From: Flavobacteriaceae bacterium
Lineage (GTDB): Bacteria > Bacteroidota > Bacteroidia > Flavobacteriales > Flavobacteriaceae
DNA length: 45,104 bases
Assembly (NCBI GenBank): GCA_023263685.1
Contig: JALQVM010000002.1
Location: forward strand, 1-45,104
Direction: 5' to 3'
Below the pieces are notes generated by a model. That model searched no databases and was not told the origin of the DNA. It saw only the letters and a list, made by a program, of their open reading frames with translations. A program made the translations under genes and the position numbers. Shown here piece by piece: positions 17,747 through 27,016 of this stretch; position 1 is the first letter of the stretch, and every line of letters starts with the position of its first letter.

Positions 17747-20213
17747 CTTTCGGTATTTTCCAATTTTTGTTTTTTAAAATCGTGCGATATTGGGATGCTA
17801 AAGCTACAAAATTCTGATTGTTTTGTTGAATCAACGTTACAAGACGAGGGTCTGTTTCAACGTTTTCCACTTCCTGTGGATCGCGGATCCCGTGAACCAC
17901 AATAAAAACATAGTCGGCATTGAAGGGGTCAAGCGTTACCGTCCAACGCTGTTTTAGGGTCTTCAAATTAGTTTGAATCTCTTCAAAAAAGGCTTTTGTT
18001 TGCTCCCTTTCTGAAGATAAAAAAGGGAAAATCCACTTGTAGTTTTTGTAAACTAGTCCGGTCTCTTTTAAGTCATCGTAGGTGTCAATTTTTGACAGTA
18101 AGGCTAAGGCGTTCTTTGCTTCTTCAGAGGCACTGTAGGTAGTACTCAGCTCGCTTAATGCTGTTTTCCATGCCTCTACCCCCTTTAGCCTTCCCTCTAT
18201 ATGAGCTCGTAACAAGGCCGCTTTAGGTTCAATACCGGTTCCGCTGGCAAGAATGAGTAGGGGTTCAATGGCTTGCGCTGCTTGACCAAATTGTTGCTGT
18301 TGAAACATTTCAAGAATGTCTTTGTAGAGCGCTTCGGGGGTGATCAACTGAGAATTGTCATCCAGTTCTGCGTCCGCAATCAATTGGGCAAAAGGAGTTT
18401 GTGGAAACTCCTCCAAGAGCGTTGATTTATATTCTGCTGCTAAGGGCGATTTTGCTGTTGATGCGATTCGAAACAAATGATACAGGGCTTGTACCTTTAT
18501 TTCATCTGCGGGTTTTTTAGAAATCAAACGGCTTAATCGTTCTTCGGCAAAAGGATCATTTTTAAATTTTTCTTTATAGATCAACCCCAATTGAAGGTAG
18601 GCTTTGTGGTTCAATGCAGTAATACTGTCTCGCTCTTGGAGGGATTTTGGAAGGGAAGTTACAAAGTTTTCGGCGGTCTCTTGAAGTAGGGCTGGCTTTA
18701 AGGAAGGGTCTACAGCTGAAGCCGTTTGTACTTGGGTAAGGTTTTCAATCGCTAGGGCGCTTCTCCAATTGTCAACATTGGGACGATTTCCCCAACGGGC
18801 TAAATAGTTTTGTTTCCCTTGAAGAATTAAATTTGAGTTGTAAAAATAAAACGAAGCGCTTGTCCTTCTCAATAACTGAAACGTCTTTTCCTCTTCCTTT
18901 GCTTCCAGTTCTTTTTTTGCTTTGAGTGCCTTTTGGTCAATATACGCCTGAAAATATTCCAATTGTTGCGCTTTTGAAAGGGCTAAAATGGCTAGGATGC
19001 TGTCGGTCTGAGTTACCGTTTTTTCATAAATGATGATATCCGAAAGATTTTCACGCTGGCGATTTAGTTGCTTGTATCGCGATGCACTGGGATCGAAAAG
19101 CGCCAGCAAACGATCCAGGTATTGTCCTGTTTCAATGTAGAGCCCTTGATCAAAATAATAGGCGGCAAGTGCCTCGTAATTTTGAATTTCTGTATAGCTG
19201 TCTAAGGTCGGTGCTTGTAAGGATTTGTCAAAATACAGCAGGGCTAAACTGTCCTCGCTTTGTTCCAAATACATTCTTGCTCGTGCGCTATGAATGCTGT
19301 GAGCGAACGGTTCATTTTCATAATTATTGAGTAAGCGTTCCAGTTGGGTTTGCTTTTCATCGATTGCCAAAGATGGGGTCAGCAGGGTCTCTTTTATTTT
19401 TGCCTGTATAGCAAGATTTCGAGGCGCTTTTCTTTTTAAGGCAGCAATTTTAGCATAGGCCCCTCGGGCGCTGTCCGGTTGATTAAGTCCCTCAAGTAGT
19501 TGCCCCGAAATAAAAAGATAGCGCGCCTTATTTTTTCTTTTAGGTTCGAAGGCGGCGGCTCTTTGGATGTAGACTACAGCTGAATCCATTTGACGAAGTC
19601 GGATGAAAGCATCTGCTAAGGTTGCATTGGCAAGTGGGTAAAACTTGTTTTTGGGCGTCAGTGACTTTACCAGGGGTACAAGGTTTTCAACTGCCAAGCC
19701 CACATTATTCAAACGCATATTGGTTTTTTCTCTCCATATTTTTCCTTCGGTAAATACGGATGGATTGGCCCCACTTTCCAATAAAAAATTAAATGCTTCT
19801 AGGGCAGGGAAAAATCTGCGGTCAAAATAGCGCGCTTTACCCAACAACAAATAGGCCTCATCAATTTGGCTGTTGTATTGGTTTTCGTCAATCTTAATTG
19901 AATGCTTTTGAATCGCTTTAACTGCTTTTTCTTCGGCGCGATCAAAGCCTGGGACTATTGTTGTGGCGTCAAAATTCTCTCCCCTCAAGTTGATGGGCTC
20001 TACAGGAAGTAGTTCGAAGAAATTCTCTTCAAAGGCTTGGCCTAGAATTGCCTCACCTACAGCATAGGCCTCTTTGCCGTTGAAAAGTACATTGTATTTG
20101 GTCGTTAAGGCGTGATACTGTCTATTGAGTACTCCTTTTTTGGTTGTACTACAAGACAAAGCCATCCCCACCACGACCAGCAGCATCCAATAAGAAAATT
20201 GCGTTTTTAACAT
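17712..20213 (-). CDS. large TPR-repeat lipoprotein, likely the type IX secretion / gliding protein PorW/SprE
   Basis: 833 aa with a signal peptide, lipobox ALSC and TPR-like helical repeats throughout. The size, the lipoprotein nature and the Flavobacteriia context fit SprE. No alignment was run. Confidence 0.55.
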   Translation of the reverse strand: MLKTQFSYWMLLVVVGMALSCSTTKKGVLNRQYHALTTKYNVLFNGKEAYAVGEAILGQAFEENFFELLPVEPINLRGENFDATTIVPGFDRAEEKAVKAIQKHSIKIDENQYNSQIDEAYLLLGKARYFDRRFFPALEAFNFLLESGANPSVFTEGKIWREKTNMRLNNVGLAVENLVPLVKSLTPKNKFYPLANATLADAFIRLRQMDSAVVYIQRAAAFEPKRKNKARYLFISGQLLEGLNQPDSARGAYAKIAALKRKAPRNLAIQAKIKETLLTPSLAIDEKQTQLERLLNNYENEPFAHSIHSARARMYLEQSEDSLALLYFDKSLQAPTLDSYTEIQNYEALAAYYFDQGLYIETGQYLDRLLALFDPSASRYKQLNRQRENLSDIIIYEKTVTQTDSILAILALSKAQQLEYFQAYIDQKALKAKKELEAKEEEKTFQLLRRTSASFYFYNSNLILQGKQNYLARWGNRPNVDNWRSALAIENLTQVQTASAVDPSLKPALLQETAENFVTSLPKSLQERDSITALNHKAYLQLGLIYKEKFKNDPFAEERLSRLISKKPADEIKVQALYHLFRIASTAKSPLAAEYKSTLLEEFPQTPFAQLIADAELDDNSQLITPEALYKDILEMFQQQQFGQAAQAIEPLLILASGTGIEPKAALLRAHIEGRLKGVEAWKTALSELSTTYSASEEAKNALALLSKIDTYDDLKETGLVYKNYKWIFPFLSSEREQTKAFFEEIQTNLKTLKQRWTVTLDPFNADYVFIVVHGIRDPQEVENVETDPRLVTLIQQNNQNFVALASQYRTILKNKNWKIPKDESNRDERTIQ

Positions 20214-20271
20214 AGAAAATACTGTAGCATAATAACTTAAAAATCTTGCGTTTAGTATATTAGATGTATTT

Positions 20272-20967
20272 CTAATTTGAAAAATAGGTTTCCAACTGCT
20301 TTAAGGTCTCCGGGGTGGTTTCAATATCCTTGATTACAACTCCTTTTTCTAAGAGCACTATACGGTCACAAACTTCAGTTACATGGGTTAAATCATGGCT
20401 GGAAATTAAAAAGGTAGTGCTGTTTTTTTCAGCTTCCTCTTGGATCAGCTTTTTAAGACGAATTTGTGTGGTTGGATCGAGGTTTGCAAAAGGTTCATCT
20501 AAAATCACAAGGGCTGGTTTTCCAATTAAGGCCCCTACGATTCCTGCTTTTTTTTGGTTTCCCTTTGAAAAATCTCTGAGGTATTTTTTTTGCCCTAAAA
20601 TTTCTCCATTAAAAAAAGGTTCAAAATCTTGAACCCAAGAAGTAATCTCTTCCTTAGCTACGCCCCGGAGGTTTCCCAGAAAGTGGTAGTACTCCTCTAC
20701 CGTTAAATAGCCCATAAGATAGCTTTCATCAATATATGCAGCCGTGAAGGGCTTCCATGCTTCGCTGGTTTGGACAGGGATTCCATTGATAGAAACCGAC
20801 CCGCTGCTGGCTTCTATCAGGTCTAATAACAAACTGAAGAGGGTTGTTTTACCTGCGCCGTTATTGCCCACTAGTCCAAATTTTTGCCCTCGGGGAATTT
20901 GCAAGTCTGGAATTTCCAAAACAACTTTACCGGAATACTTTTTTGTAAGATGGGTGACTTGAATCAT
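20272..20967 (-). CDS. ABC transporter ATP-binding protein
   Basis: Walker A GNNGAGKTT, signature variant FSKGNQKK, Walker B LVILDEP, and the H-loop SSHD. Confidence 0.9.
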   Translation of the reverse strand: MIQVTHLTKKYSGKVVLEIPDLQIPRGQKFGLVGNNGAGKTTLFSLLLDLIEASSGSVSINGIPVQTSEAWKPFTAAYIDESYLMGYLTVEEYYHFLGNLRGVAKEEITSWVQDFEPFFNGEILGQKKYLRDFSKGNQKKAGIVGALIGKPALVILDEPFANLDPTTQIRLKKLIQEEAEKNSTTFLISSHDLTHVTEVCDRIVLLEKGVVIKDIETTPETLKQLETYFSN

Positions 20968-22451
20968 GAAACTGATTTTGAAAATGATTGTAGGGTTTGA
21001 TACTTCTTTTTTTGATAGGTTTTTACGATTAGGGTCAACAGTTGCTTTTGAAATAGAAGTCCTGCGAGTCCTACCCCTACAAGACCTAAAAGACCTCCTG
21101 AAAAGCCAAAAAACTGGTAAGGAAGATAAAAAACAAGAAGGGGTAAAATAAGTTTTGGCAGCATAAAGACCAATTGGATAAAACTGAAATTTTGTGTGTT
21201 TTCAAATGCCTTTGCCTTGATGTTGAGTCGGATTGGATTGGTGTTGAACGCTCCTGAGTATAAGGTAATCATGGAACCAAATCCAAAATTAAAAATTCCT
21301 GCAGCCCAAATGACCAGCATGACCTTACTCCCAAAAAACAAATAGGGCAAAGCAAGTGTCGAACTAACCACTACGGAAAACATCATCAGATACAGTTTCG
21401 ACTTGAGGTATTTTCGGTAGGCTACGTTTTGGCACATTAAAAAACTGTAGTATTCGCTGTCCCAAGCGGGAACGTATTGGCCAAACGTAATCATAAACCC
21501 CCCCGTAATAAACAAGCCTGAAAAAACGAGTGCCGCAGGCAGGTCAAAATACCGGTCTTGCGTAAAGAAGAACAAGCCGTAAAAAAGAAATAATACCCCT
21601 GTCAGCACTACTTGTCTGGGTCGAATGTTGCGAATGATCAGCCGCAAATCGTTTTTTAAGAAAAATCCCATGTGCTCCCAACGATCAAAAAACTGCAAAT
21701 TCGATCCAACAATACGTTCCTTTTTTTTGCTGAGACCTTTGTCCAAAAAAAGTTGCTGCTTAAGAAAATTGTGGGCTAGAACAACTGAGGTTGCAAGTAC
21801 GCCCGCTGGAACAAGCGCCCAGAAACCGTTTTGGTAAATCAAATCTAGACCCCTTGCAAAATACGCCGAAATAGAAAGCCCAAAAAAATAATCCAGCAGA
21901 TAGCCCAGTAGTAAAACAACTAAAAAAACAGCGGCTTTTTTATTGTCTTTTAAAATCAAAAAAGTAAAAAAATTGGCGCTTAGCGAAAGACAAAACAAGG
22001 CCAAAAACCAAATCCATAGGGAAAAGTTTATGCCGTTTTCTATACTAAAAACAATGCAAAAAGGAAGCAAAACCACCAAAGGCAGGGCATTAAAAATTGA
22101 TCCCAAAGAACGCAATAGTACTCCCTGTACTATGGCTTTTTTTGAAATGGGGTGAAGCAATAGGGATTTTACCTCCGTCACCGGTAGGGCTTGAAAAAAA
22201 TACCTGAGCATTAAGTCGACAGCAAAATAAAAACCAAGGAAGGGATTGATCAGTAAAATAGGGTCCGTATCGGGGTAATGTTTTGACAGTAAATAGTAGC
22301 CCCCTATGCCAAGGGATAAAAAAACTGCTAAAAAATAAAGCACTACAAATCCCAAGAAAATTCGAACCCCAAGCTTTAACTCCCACTGGGGAGCGCGAAA
22401 AAATTTTTTCTTTCTAAGACTCATTAAATCGGTAAGAGAGAAGCGTTTCAT
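20964..22451 (-). CDS. polytopic membrane protein partnered with the ABC ATPase (DUF5687-like from memory)
   Basis: About 12 hydrophobic segments and a 4-nt overlap with the ATPase gene. The ATG at 22451 (MKRFSL) is preferred, because the 22493 start would run through the divergent promoter box at 22500-22507. Confidence 0.7.
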   Translation of the reverse strand: MKRFSLTDLMSLRKKKFFRAPQWELKLGVRIFLGFVVLYFLAVFLSLGIGGYYLLSKHYPDTDPILLINPFLGFYFAVDLMLRYFFQALPVTEVKSLLLHPISKKAIVQGVLLRSLGSIFNALPLVVLLPFCIVFSIENGINFSLWIWFLALFCLSLSANFFTFLILKDNKKAAVFLVVLLLGYLLDYFFGLSISAYFARGLDLIYQNGFWALVPAGVLATSVVLAHNFLKQQLFLDKGLSKKKERIVGSNLQFFDRWEHMGFFLKNDLRLIIRNIRPRQVVLTGVLFLFYGLFFFTQDRYFDLPAALVFSGLFITGGFMITFGQYVPAWDSEYYSFLMCQNVAYRKYLKSKLYLMMFSVVVSSTLALPYLFFGSKVMLVIWAAGIFNFGFGSMITLYSGAFNTNPIRLNIKAKAFENTQNFSFIQLVFMLPKLILPLLVFYLPYQFFGFSGGLLGLVGVGLAGLLFQKQLLTLIVKTYQKKKYQTLQSFSKSVS

Positions 22452-22499
22452 TTGGGTTTTAAAATGGGTGAATGGCATTCCAAGTTTAAGCATATTTTT

Positions 22500-22507
22500 T
22501 ACATTTG
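22500..22507 (+). promoter_or_regulatory. Bacteroidota -7 promoter box TACATTTG for the PaaE-like reductase gene
   Basis: Exact TAnnTTTG match, 11 nt upstream of the ATG at 22519. Confidence 0.5.
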
Positions 22508-22518
22508 CAAAAAAAGCT

Positions 22519-23559
22519 ATGCCTTCATTTCACGCCTTAAAAGTTTCCAGAATAGAACACACTTCCACAGACGCGGTAGTGATTTGCTTAGAAGTTCCGG
22601 AATCTTTACAAAGTGCTTACCAATTTATTCCAGGACAATATATTACCCTGGAGGCCACCCTAGAGGGAACAGCCGTTAGACGGTCTTATTCATTATGCTC
22701 TTCCCCTGAAGAGCACACTTTGAAAGTCGGTGTTAAAAAATTAAGCGAAGGCGTCTTTTCTACCTATGTAAATGAGTTATTAAAGGTTGGGGATACCCTG
22801 AATGTAAGCCTTCCTGAGGGGCGTTTTATCTTTGAAGAAAGCCATACCGACTCAGCTGTGCTTGCCATTGCTGCAGGAAGTGGAATTACCCCGATTTTTT
22901 CTATACTAAATGCTTTTCTCGCTCAAAAAAACAGTCACCCCTTTACCTTAATTTACGGCAATAAAACCCCGGAACAAACCATGTTTTATAAAGAAATTAA
23001 GGAATTGGAAGCCAACTATCCCGAGCGATTAAACGTGCATTGGGTCTTTAGCCAGTCCAGTGAAGAAGGTGCTTTGTTTGGCAGAATTAGTCCAACCGTT
23101 ATCAATTTTGTGCTCAACGAACAAAACAGCCTCCCCGATCATTGCTTTTTGTGCGGTCCTGAACCTATGATTATTTCCAGCAGTGAACAACTCCAACGCA
23201 AAGGCGTATCCAAAGACCAGATTCATTTTGAATTGTTTACTGCCAGTGCTACGGCAGTTGAAGTAGACAATACGGTTGAAAAAGGACAGTTTACCATTAC
23301 CTGCGACGACATGACCCATACCCTAGAATTGGTTCCAAATAAAACCCTTTTGGATATTGCTTTGGGAGCTAAATTAGAGGTTCCCTACTCATGTCAAGGT
23401 GGGGTGTGTAGTAGCTGTATTGCTCGAGTTACCGATGGGAAGGCCAGTATGCTTTCCAATCAAATTCTTACCGACAGTGAAATTGAGGAAGGTCTGGTCT
23501 TGAGTTGTCAAGCAATGGCCCAGTCAGCATCCATTCATCTTGACTATGATGATGTCTAA
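22519..23559 (+). CDS. ferredoxin-NAD(P) reductase fused to a plant-type 2Fe-2S ferredoxin (PaaE/PaaK-like)
   Basis: FAD motif RRSYSL, NAD motif GSGITP, and a C-terminal Cys cluster (SCQGGVCSSC plus the distal Cys in LSCQ). Confidence 0.85.
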   Translation: MPSFHALKVSRIEHTSTDAVVICLEVPESLQSAYQFIPGQYITLEATLEGTAVRRSYSLCSSPEEHTLKVGVKKLSEGVFSTYVNELLKVGDTLNVSLPEGRFIFEESHTDSAVLAIAAGSGITPIFSILNAFLAQKNSHPFTLIYGNKTPEQTMFYKEIKELEANYPERLNVHWVFSQSSEEGALFGRISPTVINFVLNEQNSLPDHCFLCGPEPMIISSSEQLQRKGVSKDQIHFELFTASATAVEVDNTVEKGQFTITCDDMTHTLELVPNKTLLDIALGAKLEVPYSCQGGVCSSCIARVTDGKASMLSNQILTDSEIEEGLVLSCQAMAQSASIHLDYDDV

Positions 23560-24470
23560 CTACGGGTGTAAAACAGCAGTCCTCCTTTAAGCAGTAGCAG
23601 AAAGAAAACAACCCAATTTACTTGTCTAGGGCTACGCCCCTCTAAGGCAAGTCCTGTAAAATATACCAGAGGCAAAAGCGTGATTTCATAAAAATTGACG
23701 GGGCCTTGGGGTTCGATAGTAAGGAGCAAAACCCCAAGTCCTATTAGATTCATAAAAAAGAAAAATAGCGTATTTACACCTGAAATACGTTGCGCCGCTT
23801 TTGAAAAAAAATTCAACCCCCCTACCCACACCACAAAAACCACATAGCTTATCAATTCGTTTGATTGTAAACTGTAAACGACCGGTTTAATCTCCCAAAA
23901 AATCGCTTCTAGCTCAAAACCCAGAGCCAATTGTAAAGTAGAAAAGAGAAAATTGAGGACTACAATAGGGGTAACAACAGTGATTAAAGATCTTAAATTG
24001 ATCCCTTTATTTAAGGCTAAAACGAAAAGTAAAGTGAGAAAGAGCAGGTAGAGCTTGGGTTCGAAAAGGGTCAGAAAAGAAAATAGTAAGGAGACATTAA
24101 AGAGCGGTTTACTGCTCTCTTTTGTCCTTTCGAGTGAACTGAGATTAAAAAAAGCAAGCAGTAAAAAAAGGGTAAGTAAAATGCCGTCGAGCTGTATACT
24201 CTCTTTCGGAACAAACAATAGCACTAAAGGAAAGCTCAATAAAATATAAGGGGAGAACGTAAGATCGCGGAATTTACTTTTGGTATATATGAAAATTCCC
24301 AAAAGCAAAAGGACCACAATCGACTTTCCAAGGGCGCGCAAAGCTTCAAAAAGAGTCTCCTGGTTGTTAAGGGGTGTGCTACTTTGAAAAAAATAAATGG
24401 TCAAAAAAATGCTGAGAAAACTCAGCGTCCATGAAGTTAAATTTGTTTTGCGAAAAAGGTTGGCTACCAT
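23556..24470 (-). CDS. polytopic membrane protein, uncharacterised
   Basis: 304 aa, L/F-rich, with about 8 hydrophobic segments. No catalytic motif was recognised. Confidence 0.6.
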   Translation of the reverse strand: MVANLFRKTNLTSWTLSFLSIFLTIYFFQSSTPLNNQETLFEALRALGKSIVVLLLLGIFIYTKSKFRDLTFSPYILLSFPLVLLFVPKESIQLDGILLTLFLLLAFFNLSSLERTKESSKPLFNVSLLFSFLTLFEPKLYLLFLTLLFVLALNKGINLRSLITVVTPIVVLNFLFSTLQLALGFELEAIFWEIKPVVYSLQSNELISYVVFVVWVGGLNFFSKAAQRISGVNTLFFFFMNLIGLGVLLLTIEPQGPVNFYEITLLPLVYFTGLALEGRSPRQVNWVVFFLLLLKGGLLFYTRS

Positions 24471-24482
24471 ATTCGTTTCTCT

Positions 24483-24490
24483 TAAATTTG
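24483..24490 (+). promoter_or_regulatory. Bacteroidota -7 promoter box TAAATTTG for the small membrane protein gene
   Basis: Exact TAnnTTTG match, 19 nt upstream of the ATG at 24510. Confidence 0.45.
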
Positions 24491-24509
24491 CAAGGTAAGT
24501 AAACTACAC

Positions 24510-24740
24510 ATGATGAAAAACTTTTTTGAAGGTATCGCCTGGTTGTTTGAAGAAGTCTTATTTCTTCCCTATACTTTTTTACGTCAGCTTGAACTCAGCA
24601 GCTGGACGCTAGCCAATAGTATAAATTGGATTTTTTTAATTGTAGGATTTGCGGCTATGATTTATTGGGTATTACAACTCAATACGTTTGACAAAAATGG
24701 AGAAGAAGACAAAGATCCTTCTGCTCACTCCTTTTTATAA
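24510..24740 (+). CDS. small conserved membrane protein, uncharacterised
   Basis: 76 aa with one clear TM segment (WIFLIVGFAAMIYWVLQL) and its own -7 box. Confidence 0.55.
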   Translation: MMKNFFEGIAWLFEEVLFLPYTFLRQLELSSWTLANSINWIFLIVGFAAMIYWVLQLNTFDKNGEEDKDPSAHSFL

Positions 24741-26000
24741 ATCAAACCCTATATCTTTTCGGTAATACATCCCTTCAAAGGAAATTCCTTTCAGGGTTTC
24801 GTATGAGTTTTGAACGGCTTCATCCTTGTCTTTCCCAAAAGAACTGACAGCCAGTACTCTTCCCCCATGGGTAAGGACTTCATCGCCTTTGCTTGTAGTC
24901 CCTGCGTGAAAAACCATTTCTGTTGCTCCCAAACCACGGATTACCTTGCCTTTTTCATAGGCCTCAGGATAGCCTCCCGAAACCGCCATAACCGTTGCTG
25001 CAACTTTAGAGTCAACTTCTAATTCTATGTCTTGCAAACACCCTTGATGAACCGCTTTAAAAAGGGATAATAAATCGGTTTTTAATCTGGGTAAAACAAC
25101 TTCTGTTTCAGGATCTCCGAGGCGTACGTTGTACTCTATGACTTTTGGAGTTTCTCCTACTTTAATCAGTCCTATAAATACAAACCCTTTGTAGGGCAAA
25201 CCGTCTTTTTTTAGACCTTCAATTGTAGGCTTGACAATTTGAGTCTCTATTTTATTTCTAAACTCCTCTGTAACAAAGGGAACAGGAGAAATTGCTCCCA
25301 TACCTCCGGTATTGAGTCCCGTGTCTCCCTCCCCTATCCGTTTGTAATCTTTTGCCATGGGTAGGGTAACATAGGAACTTCCATCGGTTAGCACAAAACA
25401 AGAAAGCTCTATGCCGGAAAGAAACTCCTCTATCACAACTTTACTCGATGCCTGACCAAACTTTTGTTCCAAAAGCATTCGTCTCAATTCACTTTTGGCC
25501 TCTTCCAAATTTTCTAATATTACCACCCCTTTTCCGGCCGCTAAACCATCTGCTTTTAAGACATAAGGGGGAGTGGTTCTTTCTAAATAGGCTTCTCCAT
25601 CAGCCACCGTCGCTGCGGTAAATTCTGCGTAAGCCGCCGTTGGAATGTGGTGGCGCATCATAAACTCTTTTGCAAACGCTTTACTTCCTTCTAAGGTTGC
25701 GGCTGCTTTTTCTGGACCGATAACCCCGACGTGTTGCAATGCTTTATCGGCTAAAAAGTAATCGTGTATTCCTCTTACTAAAGGCTCCTCAGGTCCAACA
25801 ACGACCAGCTCAATATGGTGCTCAAGAACTGCTTTTTTGATTCCTTCAAAATCGGTTACCCCTATAGGGAGATTCGTTGCGCATTTCGCAGTTCCCGCAT
25901 TTCCTGGAGCTGCAAAAAGAGTTCCGCAATCCTCACTTTGTCTTAATTTCCAACAAAGGGTGTGTTCTCTTCCTCCCGCACCAATAACCAATACATTCAT
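24735..26000 (-). CDS. purD: phosphoribosylamine--glycine ligase
   Basis: The N-terminus MNVLVIGAGGREH, the ATP-grasp core, and IEYNVRLGDPE. Confidence 0.95.
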   Translation of the reverse strand: MNVLVIGAGGREHTLCWKLRQSEDCGTLFAAPGNAGTAKCATNLPIGVTDFEGIKKAVLEHHIELVVVGPEEPLVRGIHDYFLADKALQHVGVIGPEKAAATLEGSKAFAKEFMMRHHIPTAAYAEFTAATVADGEAYLERTTPPYVLKADGLAAGKGVVILENLEEAKSELRRMLLEQKFGQASSKVVIEEFLSGIELSCFVLTDGSSYVTLPMAKDYKRIGEGDTGLNTGGMGAISPVPFVTEEFRNKIETQIVKPTIEGLKKDGLPYKGFVFIGLIKVGETPKVIEYNVRLGDPETEVVLPRLKTDLLSLFKAVHQGCLQDIELEVDSKVAATVMAVSGGYPEAYEKGKVIRGLGATEMVFHAGTTSKGDEVLTHGGRVLAVSSFGKDKDEAVQNSYETLKGISFEGMYYRKDIGFDL

Positions 26001-26016
26001 TTAAAATTATTTTCCG

Positions 26017-26024
26017 CAAAGATA
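26017..26024 (-). promoter_or_regulatory. Bacteroidota -7 promoter box TATCTTTG for purD
   Basis: Exact TAnnTTTG match, 16 nt upstream of the purD ATG. Confidence 0.5.
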
Positions 26025-26056
26025 ACCACTAATACGGATTCCTATAGGCGGGATTC

Positions 26057-27016
26057 CTATTCTTTTAAAAATGAGGTAATCTCTTGTTTAAAACGGTCCA
26101 AAATCGCCTTAGAAACCGGAATGGGTTTTGGAAATTTAAATTTCTTATGCTTAAGTTGGTCCGAGCTTACACTATTAAAAAACGGTTCCAGGCCTTGAAG
26201 ACGGCTTTTTTGATTGGGATGGTCTAGCCCGTCCGACAGAAAAAGTACGGGTGTGCCAAAGGCAACTGCTGGTAAAGCGGAATGAATTCTAGAGGTCACC
26301 ACAAGCTTTGCATTCGCAATATTTTTAAGTTGAACCTCTGCCGCTTGCCTACGCTCTTCTTCCGTGTAGGCCTGAGCGTCCAACAACTGGCTGCTGTATT
26401 GAATGCTTTCGTCGGTCTGTCGTAAATACGTTTCTAGCAGGCGCATCGCCTTTTTGTACTTGAGTTGTTTAAAGGGTTGTTTGAGCTGTTGTAACAAAAC
26501 TAAAAGCGCGCTTTTTAATCCGCCCTTGTAGGACAGGTCTTGTTGTGGGAGCAAACGTTCTAATGGACTGATCACCAAAATTCCACTTCGCTTTTGTTCT
26601 TTTTTTGTAAAATTTTCTCGTTTCAAACTCAGGGTCAAACAGCCCGAAAAATAGGCTTCAATGCCGTGTTTTTTTAAGGTGTTTTGAGTGTACAGATCCC
26701 TGCATCCTATGGGTTGGTGTGCTTTAAAATAGTGAATTCCTTCCGGAGTCAACAGGGCTTTTTCTGCGGTGGGATTTAGGTGAAAGGAAATGAATAGGGG
26801 TGCTATTGCATCGGAGGGAGGCCAATTTTGGGGTGCTTCCATAAACCATCCGTTCATGAGCAACTTGGCTTTAGGTCCTCGATACCGATGCAATTGATCT
26901 CGGTCTAGAGTTAGGAATTCCTCTTGTCCTATCCACTGAGCCGCTGCGATGCTTTGGATAAAATCTCCCAAATTATTAGAATTGGGATAGGCTAAAACCG
27001 CAGGCTTACATTCCAT
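26057..27016 (-). CDS. polysaccharide pyruvyl transferase family protein
   Basis: The N-terminus has NLGDFIQ and the C-terminus has VTSRIHSALPAVAFGTPVLFL, both typical of pyruvyl transferases (CsaB/WcaK-like). This is recognition by eye. Confidence 0.65.
   Translation of the reverse strand: MECKPAVLAYPNSNNLGDFIQSIAAAQWIGQEEFLTLDRDQLHRYRGPKAKLLMNGWFMEAPQNWPPSDAIAPLFISFHLNPTAEKALLTPEGIHYFKAHQPIGCRDLYTQNTLKKHGIEAYFSGCLTLSLKRENFTKKEQKRSGILVISPLERLLPQQDLSYKGGLKSALLVLLQQLKQPFKQLKYKKAMRLLETYLRQTDESIQYSSQLLDAQAYTEEERRQAAEVQLKNIANAKLVVTSRIHSALPAVAFGTPVLFLSDGLDHPNQKSRLQGLEPFFNSVSSDQLKHKKFKFPKPIPVSKAILDRFKQEITSFLKE

Noticed and set aside
26025-26056. A GGAATCC direct repeat and a CCTATAGG palindrome between the pyruvyl transferase stop and the purD promoter.
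   Set aside because: Both are very short (7-8 bp), lack a T-tract, and are compatible with chance. At best this is a weak terminator.
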